A stretch of DNA of 64,000 bases from Candidatus Cloacimonadales bacterium (GTDB lineage Bacteria > Cloacimonadota > Cloacimonadia > Cloacimonadales > JAFGVF01): positions 448,001 to 512,000 of the forward strand of contig CAXXOU010000003.1 in the NCBI GenBank assembly GCA_963677495.2, given 5' to 3'. This document shows, piece after piece, positions 10,242-19,090 of this stretch. Under the pieces are notes generated by a model. That model saw only the letters and a list, made by a program, of their open reading frames with translations, searched no databases and was not told the DNA's origin. Position 1 is the first letter of the stretch; every line of letters starts with the position of its first letter. The position numbers were made by a program, and so were the translations under genes.

Positions 10242-10281
10242 AAAAAAAGAAAAGTCTCACCCACTTCAAAGCAGATGAGAC
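10242..10281 (-). terminator. Intrinsic terminator/attenuator between recA and recX
   Basis: GTCTCATCTGCT-TTGA-AGTGGGTGAGAC stem-loop followed by TTTTCTTTTTTT. Confidence 0.75.
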
Positions 10282-10295
10282 CATAGCAGTTTTAT

Positions 10296-11327
10296 CTATT
10301 CTTCTGTATTCTCTACGTTTTCAAAGTCTTCAGGAGCCACAAGAGCTCTAACTTTATTTTCAATTTCACTCTTAAGTTCAGGATTATCATTAAAATAAAT
10401 CTTAACCTTCTCAGTACCTTGACCAAGACGTGTATCACCATATGAATACCATGATCCACTCTTTGTAATAATATTATGACTCACACCCATATCAATGAGA
10501 ATATCATTGTAAGAGATTCCCTGACCAAAGATGATTGGGAAGAGTACTGTTTTGAATGGAGGAGCAAGCTTGTTCTTAACTATCTTCACTCTTACCTTGT
10601 TTCCAAGAACTTCAGCTTCTGCACCTGTACTCTTAATAGCACCTGCATTTCTTACTTCCAGACGTACTGATGAGTAGAACTTAAGGGCTACACCACCGGT
10701 AGTTGTTTCAGGATTCACGTAAGAAGGTACTCCAATTTTCATACGAGTCTGGTTAATAAAGATTACTGCACAATTAGTCTTAGAGATAATAGATGTAAGC
10801 TTTCTTAAAGCTTGTGACATCAATCTAGCTTGAAGACCGACATGACTGTCGCCCATCGAACCTTCAATCTCCTGTCTAGGCACAAGAGCTGCAACTGAGT
10901 CAACAATTACAAGATCTATAGCGTTACTTCTTACAAGTGCTTCAACAATCTCTAATGCTTGTTCTCCACCATCCGGCTGAGATAGAAGCAAGTGGTCTAT
11001 ATCTACACCAAGATTTCTGGCATAATGTGGATCCAATGCATGCTCTGCGTCGATAAAGGCTACAACGCCACCTTGTTTCTGGCATTCAGCAGCAACATGA
11101 AGTGTCAGTGTTGTTTTACCTGATGCCTCTGCACCGTATATCTCTGTTATACGACCCTTTGGTATACCACCCATTCCAAGAGCTAAGTCAAGGTTAAGTG
11201 CACCTGTAGGTATTGTATCAACAGCAATATTCGGTTTGTCTCCCATCTGCATGACAGTACCAATACCGAACTTCTTCTCCAATTGGGTTATTGCAGTTTT
11301 CAGTGCTGCTTCTTTGTTTTTATCCAT
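10296..11327 (-). CDS. recA: Recombinase RecA
   Basis: [66 protein letters not shown]. Confidence 0.99.
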   Translation of the reverse strand: MDKNKEAALKTAITQLEKKFGIGTVMQMGDKPNIAVDTIPTGALNLDLALGMGGIPKGRITEIYGAEASGKTTLTLHVAAECQKQGGVVAFIDAEHALDPHYARNLGVDIDHLLLSQPDGGEQALEIVEALVRSNAIDLVIVDSVAALVPRQEIEGSMGDSHVGLQARLMSQALRKLTSIISKTNCAVIFINQTRMKIGVPSYVNPETTTGGVALKFYSSVRLEVRNAGAIKSTGAEAEVLGNKVRVKIVKNKLAPPFKTVLFPIIFGQGISYNDILIDMGVSHNIITKSGSWYSYGDTRLGQGTEKVKIYFNDNPELKSEIENKVRALVAPEDFENVENTEE

Positions 11328-11339
11328 AATTATTCCTCC

Positions 11340-11885
11340 TCAAAGTTCATAGTCAAAGAGGGAAATATATCGTGGTCCCTTCTTTGATAAAATGCTTTTA
11401 TACAAAGTTATATCTGGTGATTTAAAGCTTAAGCCGGAAACAGGATATGACAACAAACGTTTCATAACAGGCACCGGGATTACATCCTTTATCCTACCGA
11501 GAGTTATGTGTGGTTTGTAGGCTTTAATATCTAAATCAGGGCAGAAAGTTGCCAATTCTTTGTTAAGTCTTTTCACCCATTTAGATATACCGGAATCAGC
11601 ATCAAGCTTTATCCAGACTATTTTAGGTCGGTTTGACGGTACAACTTCAACTCCTGAAATCTTAAACTCATTGCAATCAAATTCGGCTAAGCGTTCCTCT
11701 ATGATTCTGTTAATGTCATCCAATACAGCATCATTTATATCACCCAGAAAACTCAAAGTAATATGTAAATTCTCATCTTCTACCCATTTAACCCCAAATG
11801 GTATGAGTGCTTTAAAGCTGTTTATTGCTTCAATAGCTTCAAGCTTCTGCTCACTCGGGAGATTAAAGGCTAGAAATGCTCTCAT
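11340..11885 (-). CDS. thpR: RNA 2',3'-cyclic phosphodiesterase (2H family, LigT/ThpR)
   Basis: MRAFLAF N-terminus, two HITL motifs, usual position upstream of recA. Confidence 0.9.
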   Translation of the reverse strand: MRAFLAFNLPSEQKLEAIEAINSFKALIPFGVKWVEDENLHITLSFLGDINDAVLDDINRIIEERLAEFDCNEFKISGVEVVPSNRPKIVWIKLDADSGISKWVKRLNKELATFCPDLDIKAYKPHITLGRIKDVIPVPVMKRLLSYPVSGLSFKSPDITLYKSILSKKGPRYISLFDYEL

Positions 11886-12368
11886 CTATCGTTTATAGCC
11901 AATGTTTATTAGGAACTGCTTTCTTGCAGTGATGTCAGTATCAAGCTCAACACCTTTTGGTGAGAATCCATCAACAACTCCAAGAACTCCACGTCCTTGT
12001 TCTGTTTCTGCAAGTATTACTTCCACAGGATTAGCAGTTGCACAAAAAACAGTTGCAACTTCACGACAGCTTTTAACTGCAGGCAGAATGTTAATCGGAT
12101 AAGCATCTTTTAAGATAATTAAGAAAGTGTGCCCCGCACCAATTCTGCGAACGTTTTCAACTGCAAGCTTTACAAGCTCAGGATTGTTACCATCTTTTCT
12201 GACAAGACATGGTCCTGAGGCCTCATTAAAGGCTAAACCAAACTGTGCGTTAGGGACAGAATTGACGATTACTTCATACAAATCTTCCACTGTTTTTATA
12301 AAATGTGATTGCCCGAAAATGATATTCATCTCTTCGGGAAGCTGAATTTTCTCTACTCGAAGTTCCAT
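11886..12368 (-). CDS. DUF355 / adenosine-specific kinase family protein
   Basis: GQSHFIKTVEDLYE, FNEASGPCLVR, GAGHTF, FCATANP, GRGVLGVVDG. Confidence 0.85.
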   Translation of the reverse strand: MELRVEKIQLPEEMNIIFGQSHFIKTVEDLYEVIVNSVPNAQFGLAFNEASGPCLVRKDGNNPELVKLAVENVRRIGAGHTFLIILKDAYPINILPAVKSCREVATVFCATANPVEVILAETEQGRGVLGVVDGFSPKGVELDTDITARKQFLINIGYKR

Positions 12369-12559
12369 ATTAACTCCATATATTTTTTAATGGTACATCT
12401 AGTAGAATTAATTGTAGATTCAAGATTTATGTCAAACATTTTTTCAATAAAATTAAGTATTGCTTAATGTTCTGCTCGTTTTGTGGGAGTTTTTCTGCAC
12501 CGTAACATTATTGTGGGTCGGGAAAAATTGTCTGGTTGCCACTACTACCGGAATGAGCG

Positions 12560-12945
12560 TGTGATTCCTCATCATTGGAGTCATAGCGAGTTTCAGGTTT
12601 TTCAAAGGAGTTTGTCAGAGTGAAGTTTACGAGCGAGAACGGACTTCTTTGAGAAATCTGAAATATGTTGGAATCATAGTGATGAGACCCTACCCTTTTT
12701 CGCTATTGCTCCAACTCCCATTCGGTCGCTATGAACACAGCTACCTTAAAGCGGTCACCTGTACGACTGATAAGGAGTTTGGGGAATTGCGTTTTATGTT
12801 GAATAACTTCCTGCGTACTTGTAGTGCGAGTTACCCCACTTCCTCATAACTCGAAAGAGCTATAGGTTTTCCGCATTTCCCCGAGCTCGTAAACTCGCAA
12901 TGGTGACTGCTATGGAACTTGTAACCCGATCACCCCTGATCGGTG
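12560..12945. repeat. Cluster of degenerate palindromic (REP-like) repeats
   Basis: gtagtgcgagtta...taactcg, cgagctcgtaaactcgc, gtaacccgatca-cccc-tgatcgg; GC-richer than flanks, no credible ORF. Confidence 0.45.
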
Positions 12946-12969
12946 TCGTTCCAGGTAAAAAACATACTT

Positions 12970-15357
12970 CTACTTCATTAATACCATTTTAGTAGTAATA
13001 CTCTTACCCCTACTCTTCATCTTACAGAAGTATATACCAGATGATACGGTTCTGTTATCATCATCTACTCCGTTCCATACAACCTTATGCTCCCCACTCT
13101 CCATCTCATCATCGCATAGTGTTTTGATTTTTTGTCCTTTCACATTGTAGATAGCAATTTCAACCTTAGATTTTGTGGGTAATGTAAATGATATGTTGGT
13201 TGTAGGATTGAAAGGATTAGGATAATTAGTTAAACTATAGGGTTCAAGACTTATAACATCATCTTGTGAATTGGTATATCCCGGAAACTCATAACACCCA
13301 ATATCGATACTACTACCATAAATCCTATCCTCACCTGCAAGATCATAAAGTGGAAATTCGTAGTTTGCAGGGAATAGGTTTAGATCCGTTGTTCCGGCAT
13401 CTATTGCAGGAGAAGGTCCCCATTCTGTATCATCTCCTGATAAGTAATAATACTCAGGGAATGCTGGATCACCACCAACAAATAAGGGGTCTGTTCCAAC
13501 TAGGTTGTTAGCACCAAAGTTAATAGGATCACCATTAAAAACAGTGTACAAGTTCTCTGAATCTGTAAAAAGACAATTATCTACATTACTATTACCTGAT
13601 AGGTCTAGCTGATAAGTATGACCTTCGTTGTTTGCAAAGATGCAATTATAGACATTGAGAGAATCTGATGTTGTTATGAAATTCTCATATACACCTTGAT
13701 TGTTAGCAAAAGTTGTATTCAGGATATTTATTGATTCGTAATCACCAAACATCAATATAGTATATGCCGATCCACTTGTAGTATTATTGGAGTAAAGACA
13801 ATTATCAATAAACAAACTAGGATTAGAATTAACATCATTATGTTGAAAAGTAGAAGTATAATCGGAAACATTAAGATAGTTATTTATGAAGGTACTGTTT
13901 TTTATTCTGCAAGTATCCTTAATCGATAGATTATAAACACCCCAAGCTGGTGTTGTACCTATTTGCTCAGTAATACAATCACGTACATATAGAGAATCAA
14001 TTTCTAAGTTGAGTAAGCCTAAATTTAAACCGGAATTAATATATGATGTATTGTTAATTAGAGATACATTGCTGATTCTTAAATCTCCTTCATAACCATT
14101 AATTGACATCGCCCCAGTAAAAAGTCCAAGATTACTGTCTCTAATTACAACATTATCTATATCTGAGTGATAAGCAGTGTATGATCCTAACCCATGTCCG
14201 TTATTAACAGTTATTGATAGATTCTCTATAGACATATTAGATTGATGTGAACCATAGGAGATACAAGCACCTACAGGTGCCTCTACCATAGAATCAGCAA
14301 AGAGATGTGTCATTTCCGGTGATACTCCATGTAATGTTGTGTTTTCTTTTAAAACAATTGTTGTATTACAGCCATTAATTATCTCAGTAAAGTCTCCCTC
14401 TAAGAGATGAACTGTTAATGGATTATCTACTGTTGGATTGATTTGCTGAAAAGCCTTCCAAGTTGTTCTTAAAGGATCTTCAGGAGTCAAACCGGAATTC
14501 GTATCATCCCCGTTCATAGAAACATATAAATCACTTTCAACAGGTGTTATATATGATTGCTGTATATCAAAAACTGGGAAAGGATTGGTTATATCAGTAT
14601 AATCATAATCAAATATATTTACGTAATACTTTGATGGTTCATGCCAAGTAAACATGTCTAAATAAATATCTTGTGTGAAAAAATGATTGTAACTCCATCC
14701 AATATCCATACCTTGAGGACTATAGTTATTGTAGATACTACAGCGATTGACTTGATCAAAAATAACATTGGAATGATCAGTCCAAGAGCTTGCAAAGCAA
14801 ACTCCTCCACCAATACATCTACCAATATTGTTGAAAATGTTAACATTGCTAATATTGCACTGTATATTGTCGTGACCAAACCAAATACCTCCTCCTTTCG
14901 ATGACTTATTCTCAAAAATGTTACAATTTTTAATAATTATATCAATATTGCTATAGCAAAAGATCCCTCCACCAAACACTTGATCACTATTTATATCATG
15001 ACTATCCCAGAATATATGCCCACTTCCACCTGTGATTGATAATCCTCTTATCTCACAATTAGTTAGGTTTTCATAACATGAAATAGTGGAATCTTCATTT
15101 AAACTACCATTGATTATAGTTAAACTTACATAGGTTGTATCTCCTGTAGTAGCTTCCAATGAACACAATGAGACATTAGATTTATTACTAAACTCAATAT
15201 TCTCATAATACATACCGGGATGTACAATCACTGTGTCACCTGCTACAGAGAAATCAATGCCTTCTTGAATCGTTGTGTAATCCATGGGGATATTAATAAT
15301 GTTGGCGAATAGTAGAATTGGTAAAAGCATTAGTAGAAATAGAAAGATTCTTCTCAT
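12970..15357 (-). CDS. Secreted parallel beta-helix protein (DUF1565-like motif) with T9SS-type-A/FlgD-like C-terminal domain
   Basis: Signal peptide MRRIFLFLL..., IPMDYTTIQEGID, LYVSMNGDDTNSG, SPAIDAG, IDIGCYE, NYPNPFNPTTNISF...SSGIYFCKM; start ATG 15357. Confidence 0.85.
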   Translation of the reverse strand: MRRIFLFLLMLLPILLFANIINIPMDYTTIQEGIDFSVAGDTVIVHPGMYYENIEFSNKSNVSLCSLEATTGDTTYVSLTIINGSLNEDSTISCYENLTNCEIRGLSITGGSGHIFWDSHDINSDQVFGGGIFCYSNIDIIIKNCNIFENKSSKGGGIWFGHDNIQCNISNVNIFNNIGRCIGGGVCFASSWTDHSNVIFDQVNRCSIYNNYSPQGMDIGWSYNHFFTQDIYLDMFTWHEPSKYYVNIFDYDYTDITNPFPVFDIQQSYITPVESDLYVSMNGDDTNSGLTPEDPLRTTWKAFQQINPTVDNPLTVHLLEGDFTEIINGCNTTIVLKENTTLHGVSPEMTHLFADSMVEAPVGACISYGSHQSNMSIENLSITVNNGHGLGSYTAYHSDIDNVVIRDSNLGLFTGAMSINGYEGDLRISNVSLINNTSYINSGLNLGLLNLEIDSLYVRDCITEQIGTTPAWGVYNLSIKDTCRIKNSTFINNYLNVSDYTSTFQHNDVNSNPSLFIDNCLYSNNTTSGSAYTILMFGDYESINILNTTFANNQGVYENFITTSDSLNVYNCIFANNEGHTYQLDLSGNSNVDNCLFTDSENLYTVFNGDPINFGANNLVGTDPLFVGGDPAFPEYYYLSGDDTEWGPSPAIDAGTTDLNLFPANYEFPLYDLAGEDRIYGSSIDIGCYEFPGYTNSQDDVISLEPYSLTNYPNPFNPTTNISFTLPTKSKVEIAIYNVKGQKIKTLCDDEMESGEHKVVWNGVDDDNRTVSSGIYFCKMKSRGKSITTKMVLMK

Positions 15358-15611
15358 AATCACAACCTTTTCAGGACACAATATTTGGAAGCTTCTGCAG
15401 ATTCAAAATATTGGGTCAATGTCTTTTAGTTTATTCACTACATATATTTTCTATGTGTCAAGAATAAAAGCAAGACTTCTGGTTTATTCTTGCAGAAGAT
15501 TAACTATCATAGATTAAATTCAGGTCAGTGGAGCTTGCCGACTTCGTCGTCACAGCATCAGTCTTCGTTAAAAACTACGCCCCGACAGGACTCGGGAGAG
15601 TCGCAGTACAA

Positions 15612-15794
15612 CGTAGGGCATGCAACCTGCTTGCTCACAGCTCGATAGAGCTGTATTCCCCGCGACGGAACCTGATTATATTTACTAAAGAACTTTAGTA
15701 ATTTATGCCAATTAACGTCAGTGGCGGGGCATAGCTTCGCTAAGCAGACAAGCTGGCAGCGTGTCCTACGGTTCGACATGCAACGTCGTTGTAC
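15612..15794. repeat. REP-like cluster (GTAG- and GTAC-type)
   Basis: gtagggcatgcaacctgcttgc; 15745-15769 reverse complement GTAGGACACGCTGCCAGCTTGTCTG; 15771-15794 gttcgacatgcaacgtcgttgtac, similar to 16262-16285. Confidence 0.6.
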
Positions 15795-15930
15795 TGCTCT
15801 GCCTTAATTCCTATGAGACACCTATTGAATCCCCGTTAGCTTCCCGTTAGATCCCCGTTATAGAGAATGGGTATTGGATTGCTTTCAAATGACAAAGAAA
15901 TACATGTTAGATTTATATTGTGAGAGAGCA
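15795..15930 (+). repeat. Dispersed ~136-bp MITE-like element, copy 1
   Basis: First 66 bp match 63032-63097 with 3 mismatches; ends TGCTCT...AGAGCA; contains a 5 x 11-bp array. Confidence 0.8.
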
Positions 15931-16230
15931 ATCAAACACTAAGTCCACTCCCGCTAAATAAGTCCACAAATCTAGTAATCCGGAGCAATTGTATCCAAGC
16001 AGAAGACAATTTAATCACTATTATTATCCTCTCATTGCTCTATCATAATAAAGCAGAGAAAACAGTACAATTCCAAGGAGTCTCTTGGGGCTTTCTGGGG
16101 GTGAATCATAAGAAACTGTCCTGAAAGTGGGTAGAAAAGCATGAATTTTAAATCCGAATTATGAGGGTCTGATGATGGGCAAGTGAAACGTTAATATACG
16201 ACACCTGAATTGTAAGGATAATCTGCTAGC

Positions 16231-16285
16231 TAGGGCACAAGGTGTTGTGCCCCTACGAAGAGTTCGACGTACAACGTCGATGTAC
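16231..16285 (-). repeat. GTAG-type REP palindrome plus GTAC-type palindrome right after the ABC permease stop
   Basis: Reverse complement GTAG-GGGCACAA-CACC-TTGTGCCC (perfect 8-bp stem); adjacent gttcgacgtacaacgtcgatgtac. Confidence 0.7.
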
Positions 16286-18579
16286 TATTTCTCGGTCGGT
16301 ACTACAATTCCTTTGATAATGATGTTCTGGAAGAATATGAAGACCAGGAATGTTGGGATAGCTGCAATCACAAGTGCGGCAAAACCTACCCCCGATGCTG
16401 CTCTCTGCATAAGTTGGTATATACTCACCATCATTGTCCACATTGATTTATCCTGACAAACAATGAAGGCGAACATAAAGTTACGATAGGCAGCATTGAA
16501 AGCATTCAAAGCGATAACAGCCATAATAGGTTTCGAAAGTTGCATTGCGATTTGCCAGAAGAGACGATTCTCGCCGGCACCATCTACAGTAGCACTTTCA
16601 AACAGTTCTTGTGGAAGGGAATCAAAGAAACCTTTAAGTAGGAAAATGAAGTAACCGTCTGCAAGTCCGGGTAGGATAAGAGCCCAGAACGTGTTCAGCA
16701 TATTTAGTCGCTTCAATATAAGGAAATTGGGGATTCCCATAACCATAGGCGGGAACGCCATAGTAAGCATGAGTATCAAAATGATTTTGTATGATGACGG
16801 AAGCTTAAATCTACTCAGAGCATATGCTGCTAATGGATTAACGATGAGGGCTGTCACGATTGCGAGAGTAACATACACAAATGTGTTGAACATCGCTCTT
16901 CCGTTGTAGAGCATTTCATTGAGAACCATTGCATAATTTCTAGTGAGATGCTCTTTAAAGATAGATGATTTGTTATCTTTGAAGTTAAGATAATCGATAG
17001 TTAGCTTATCTAGATTTACCTCATTAAAGTCGGAATATGTCAGTTTATAAGTTGTGTTTAGAACATCAATATTCTGATATTGGTTTCGTAAGTAAGCCTG
17101 CCAATTCTTCTCTTCCAACTCAGCATCAACTTCAATAAAGATATTTGGTACTCCATTCTTTAGAAAGAGTAACCACTCAGATTTATAGCTAGCATTTTCA
17201 GGTACAGTATTGCTAGGATAGATATCGTGTTCTGACTTATAGTTAGTACCGTATATCTTATTCATTGTAGCTAAATCAATAGCGTTATCCTGTGACGGAA
17301 ATCTCTTTTTAAGATATTCTAAGAAACTGATTTGAGCTCGTGGATTGATTCTTATGTTTTTTTCATCAGCTACATTCTTAACAAAGTGCTCCCAATCACG
17401 AGCTCTAAAAGTATTACCTTTTGGGAACTCAGTGCTAAGGGCAACCTTGTCAAAACTTTCATATCCATTCCGGTAAGCCTGATTAAGTTCATCAATGTTT
17501 CCATACTTCTTCTGCAGCCAATCTCTATATCGGTACTCAACACCGGTAATATAGATATCAGCAGGAGAAACTATAGACTCAATGAAAAACGTCCAATCAA
17601 CCATTAAAGCTCCGGAAGTGGGAAGTTTCTCAGGTAACTCAATATCAGAGAAGCTAGCATACGAAGTGAAATATGTTCTGTTTAGAAGAGCAATATCATC
17701 GTACTTATCTTGTAAGAAGTTTTGATACTGTTTCATCGCAGAAGGCTTTACACGAAGATGATGAACATTAAGAGCTCTTTTAACAAAGTGATCCCAATAT
17801 GGCTGAAGCTCACCTTCAGGTCTATACATTGGAGTTACGAATTCAGCCCAGTTAGAAAGGCCCAATCCAAGGTTTTCATTAGTAAGGTTTATATCATTTC
17901 TAAATGCGGGAAGAAGTTCACTAGTCACAAAGAAGCCATCAATATCGGCATAAATCTTCTGCTCAATTGGAGCATCTTTGCTAAACTGGTTAAAACGGGC
18001 AGTGATACCTTTAAAGTCACCTGAGAATCCTCTTGAAAGGATCTCTTTCGTTTCAATGATGATTTCATCCCATGACTGCACGGAAGAGTTGTATGTCCTA
18101 TTATACTCTTCTAAAGAGTTGTTGTTCTCTTTCTTAACCATCTGTCTGAATTTACGGTTGTTTAAAGGTTCAATACCTCTACCGAAAGTTTCACTGAGAT
18201 AGTAATCAAACTGATCATGTTTCTCTCCTTCGAGTTCGAGGAACTCGAGCCAATCAACTCTTTTAGATTCGACAGGATTGTCTACGTCCTGAACGAACTC
18301 AAAGGAAAGAAATCTGTGACCATACACTTCATTCATAAGGTTAGTCTCTTCATTCATTCGAGACTCAACATGCTTTTTAAATAGCATCTCCTCATCGTAG
18401 AAGTACTTAGGTATTATACTAAAATTCTTAGAGTCAACATTACTCTTAAAAGATGCCGAAACCATTATCATAAAAGGATATATCATTGTAATTGCACCTA
18501 ATAGCAATATCAGGTGTATAGATCCGTTCAATGTTCTAACTTTAAATGACTTTCGACCAACTCTTCCAATAATCGGCAT
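16285..18579 (-). CDS. Carbohydrate ABC transporter permease (MalG-like) with a ~500-aa extracytoplasmic insert of GH42-like repeats
   Basis: N-terminal TM (YPFMIMVSASFK); C-terminal NPLAAYALSRF, FFDSLPQELFESATVDGA (EAA loop), FQNIIIKGI; insert with repeated WLxxKYxxIxxLNxxY units. Confidence 0.88.
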   Translation of the reverse strand: MPIIGRVGRKSFKVRTLNGSIHLILLLGAITMIYPFMIMVSASFKSNVDSKNFSIIPKYFYDEEMLFKKHVESRMNEETNLMNEVYGHRFLSFEFVQDVDNPVESKRVDWLEFLELEGEKHDQFDYYLSETFGRGIEPLNNRKFRQMVKKENNNSLEEYNRTYNSSVQSWDEIIIETKEILSRGFSGDFKGITARFNQFSKDAPIEQKIYADIDGFFVTSELLPAFRNDINLTNENLGLGLSNWAEFVTPMYRPEGELQPYWDHFVKRALNVHHLRVKPSAMKQYQNFLQDKYDDIALLNRTYFTSYASFSDIELPEKLPTSGALMVDWTFFIESIVSPADIYITGVEYRYRDWLQKKYGNIDELNQAYRNGYESFDKVALSTEFPKGNTFRARDWEHFVKNVADEKNIRINPRAQISFLEYLKKRFPSQDNAIDLATMNKIYGTNYKSEHDIYPSNTVPENASYKSEWLLFLKNGVPNIFIEVDAELEEKNWQAYLRNQYQNIDVLNTTYKLTYSDFNEVNLDKLTIDYLNFKDNKSSIFKEHLTRNYAMVLNEMLYNGRAMFNTFVYVTLAIVTALIVNPLAAYALSRFKLPSSYKIILILMLTMAFPPMVMGIPNFLILKRLNMLNTFWALILPGLADGYFIFLLKGFFDSLPQELFESATVDGAGENRLFWQIAMQLSKPIMAVIALNAFNAAYRNFMFAFIVCQDKSMWTMMVSIYQLMQRAASGVGFAALVIAAIPTFLVFIFFQNIIIKGIVVPTEK

Positions 18580-18588
18580 TATCCAACC

Positions 18589-19026
18589 TTATTCTCTATT
18601 TGTTTTAAAAGATTCTCTTCCTTCTGTTTCGAAGATCTGGCTATAAAGGTAGCGATCTTCTTCGAGAATTATATCGATGAACTTTCTCATCTCCTCTTTG
18701 GTCAGCTCTGATTTCTTACCCAGTTCACTATATCTTTGTGAATTAGGTAATGAGTTTGGATAGTAATAAAGATGAACTCTTTTTTCTTTATTAAATTCCT
18801 TCTTGGTCCTACCAAATTTCTTCAAGGCTGTTTGTGGAAAATCCATCTCTTTATCAAATTCAATTAAATAAATACAAGTTTCATCACCACCATAATGGTG
18901 ATCACTTATTCCATGTACATAGAAAGGAGTTTCTAAGTTCTCATCTGAATAATATACATCTTCCTCTTTACTGCAACCTGCTAACAGGATCATAACTGCA
19001 ATGACTAATAACAAAAATCTCTTCAT
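18589..19026 (-). CDS. Hypothetical lipoprotein
   Basis: MKRFLLLVIAVMILLAG-C lipobox; AGGAGG RBS; lies between the two ABC genes. Confidence 0.75.
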   Translation of the reverse strand: MKRFLLLVIAVMILLAGCSKEEDVYYSDENLETPFYVHGISDHHYGGDETCIYLIEFDKEMDFPQTALKKFGRTKKEFNKEKRVHLYYYPNSLPNSQRYSELGKKSELTKEEMRKFIDIILEEDRYLYSQIFETEGRESFKTNRE

Positions 19027-19090
19027 AACCAATTCCTCCTGAATTGAATTAAAACACCATAAAAAATACGCCCGTAAATAGTTTCGATTC

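Noticed and set aside
12369..12460. LexA/SOS box upstream of the recA-containing operon
   Set aside because: No match to the CTGT-N8-ACAG or GAAC-N4-GTTC consensus seen; a lineage-specific motif cannot be inferred from one window.
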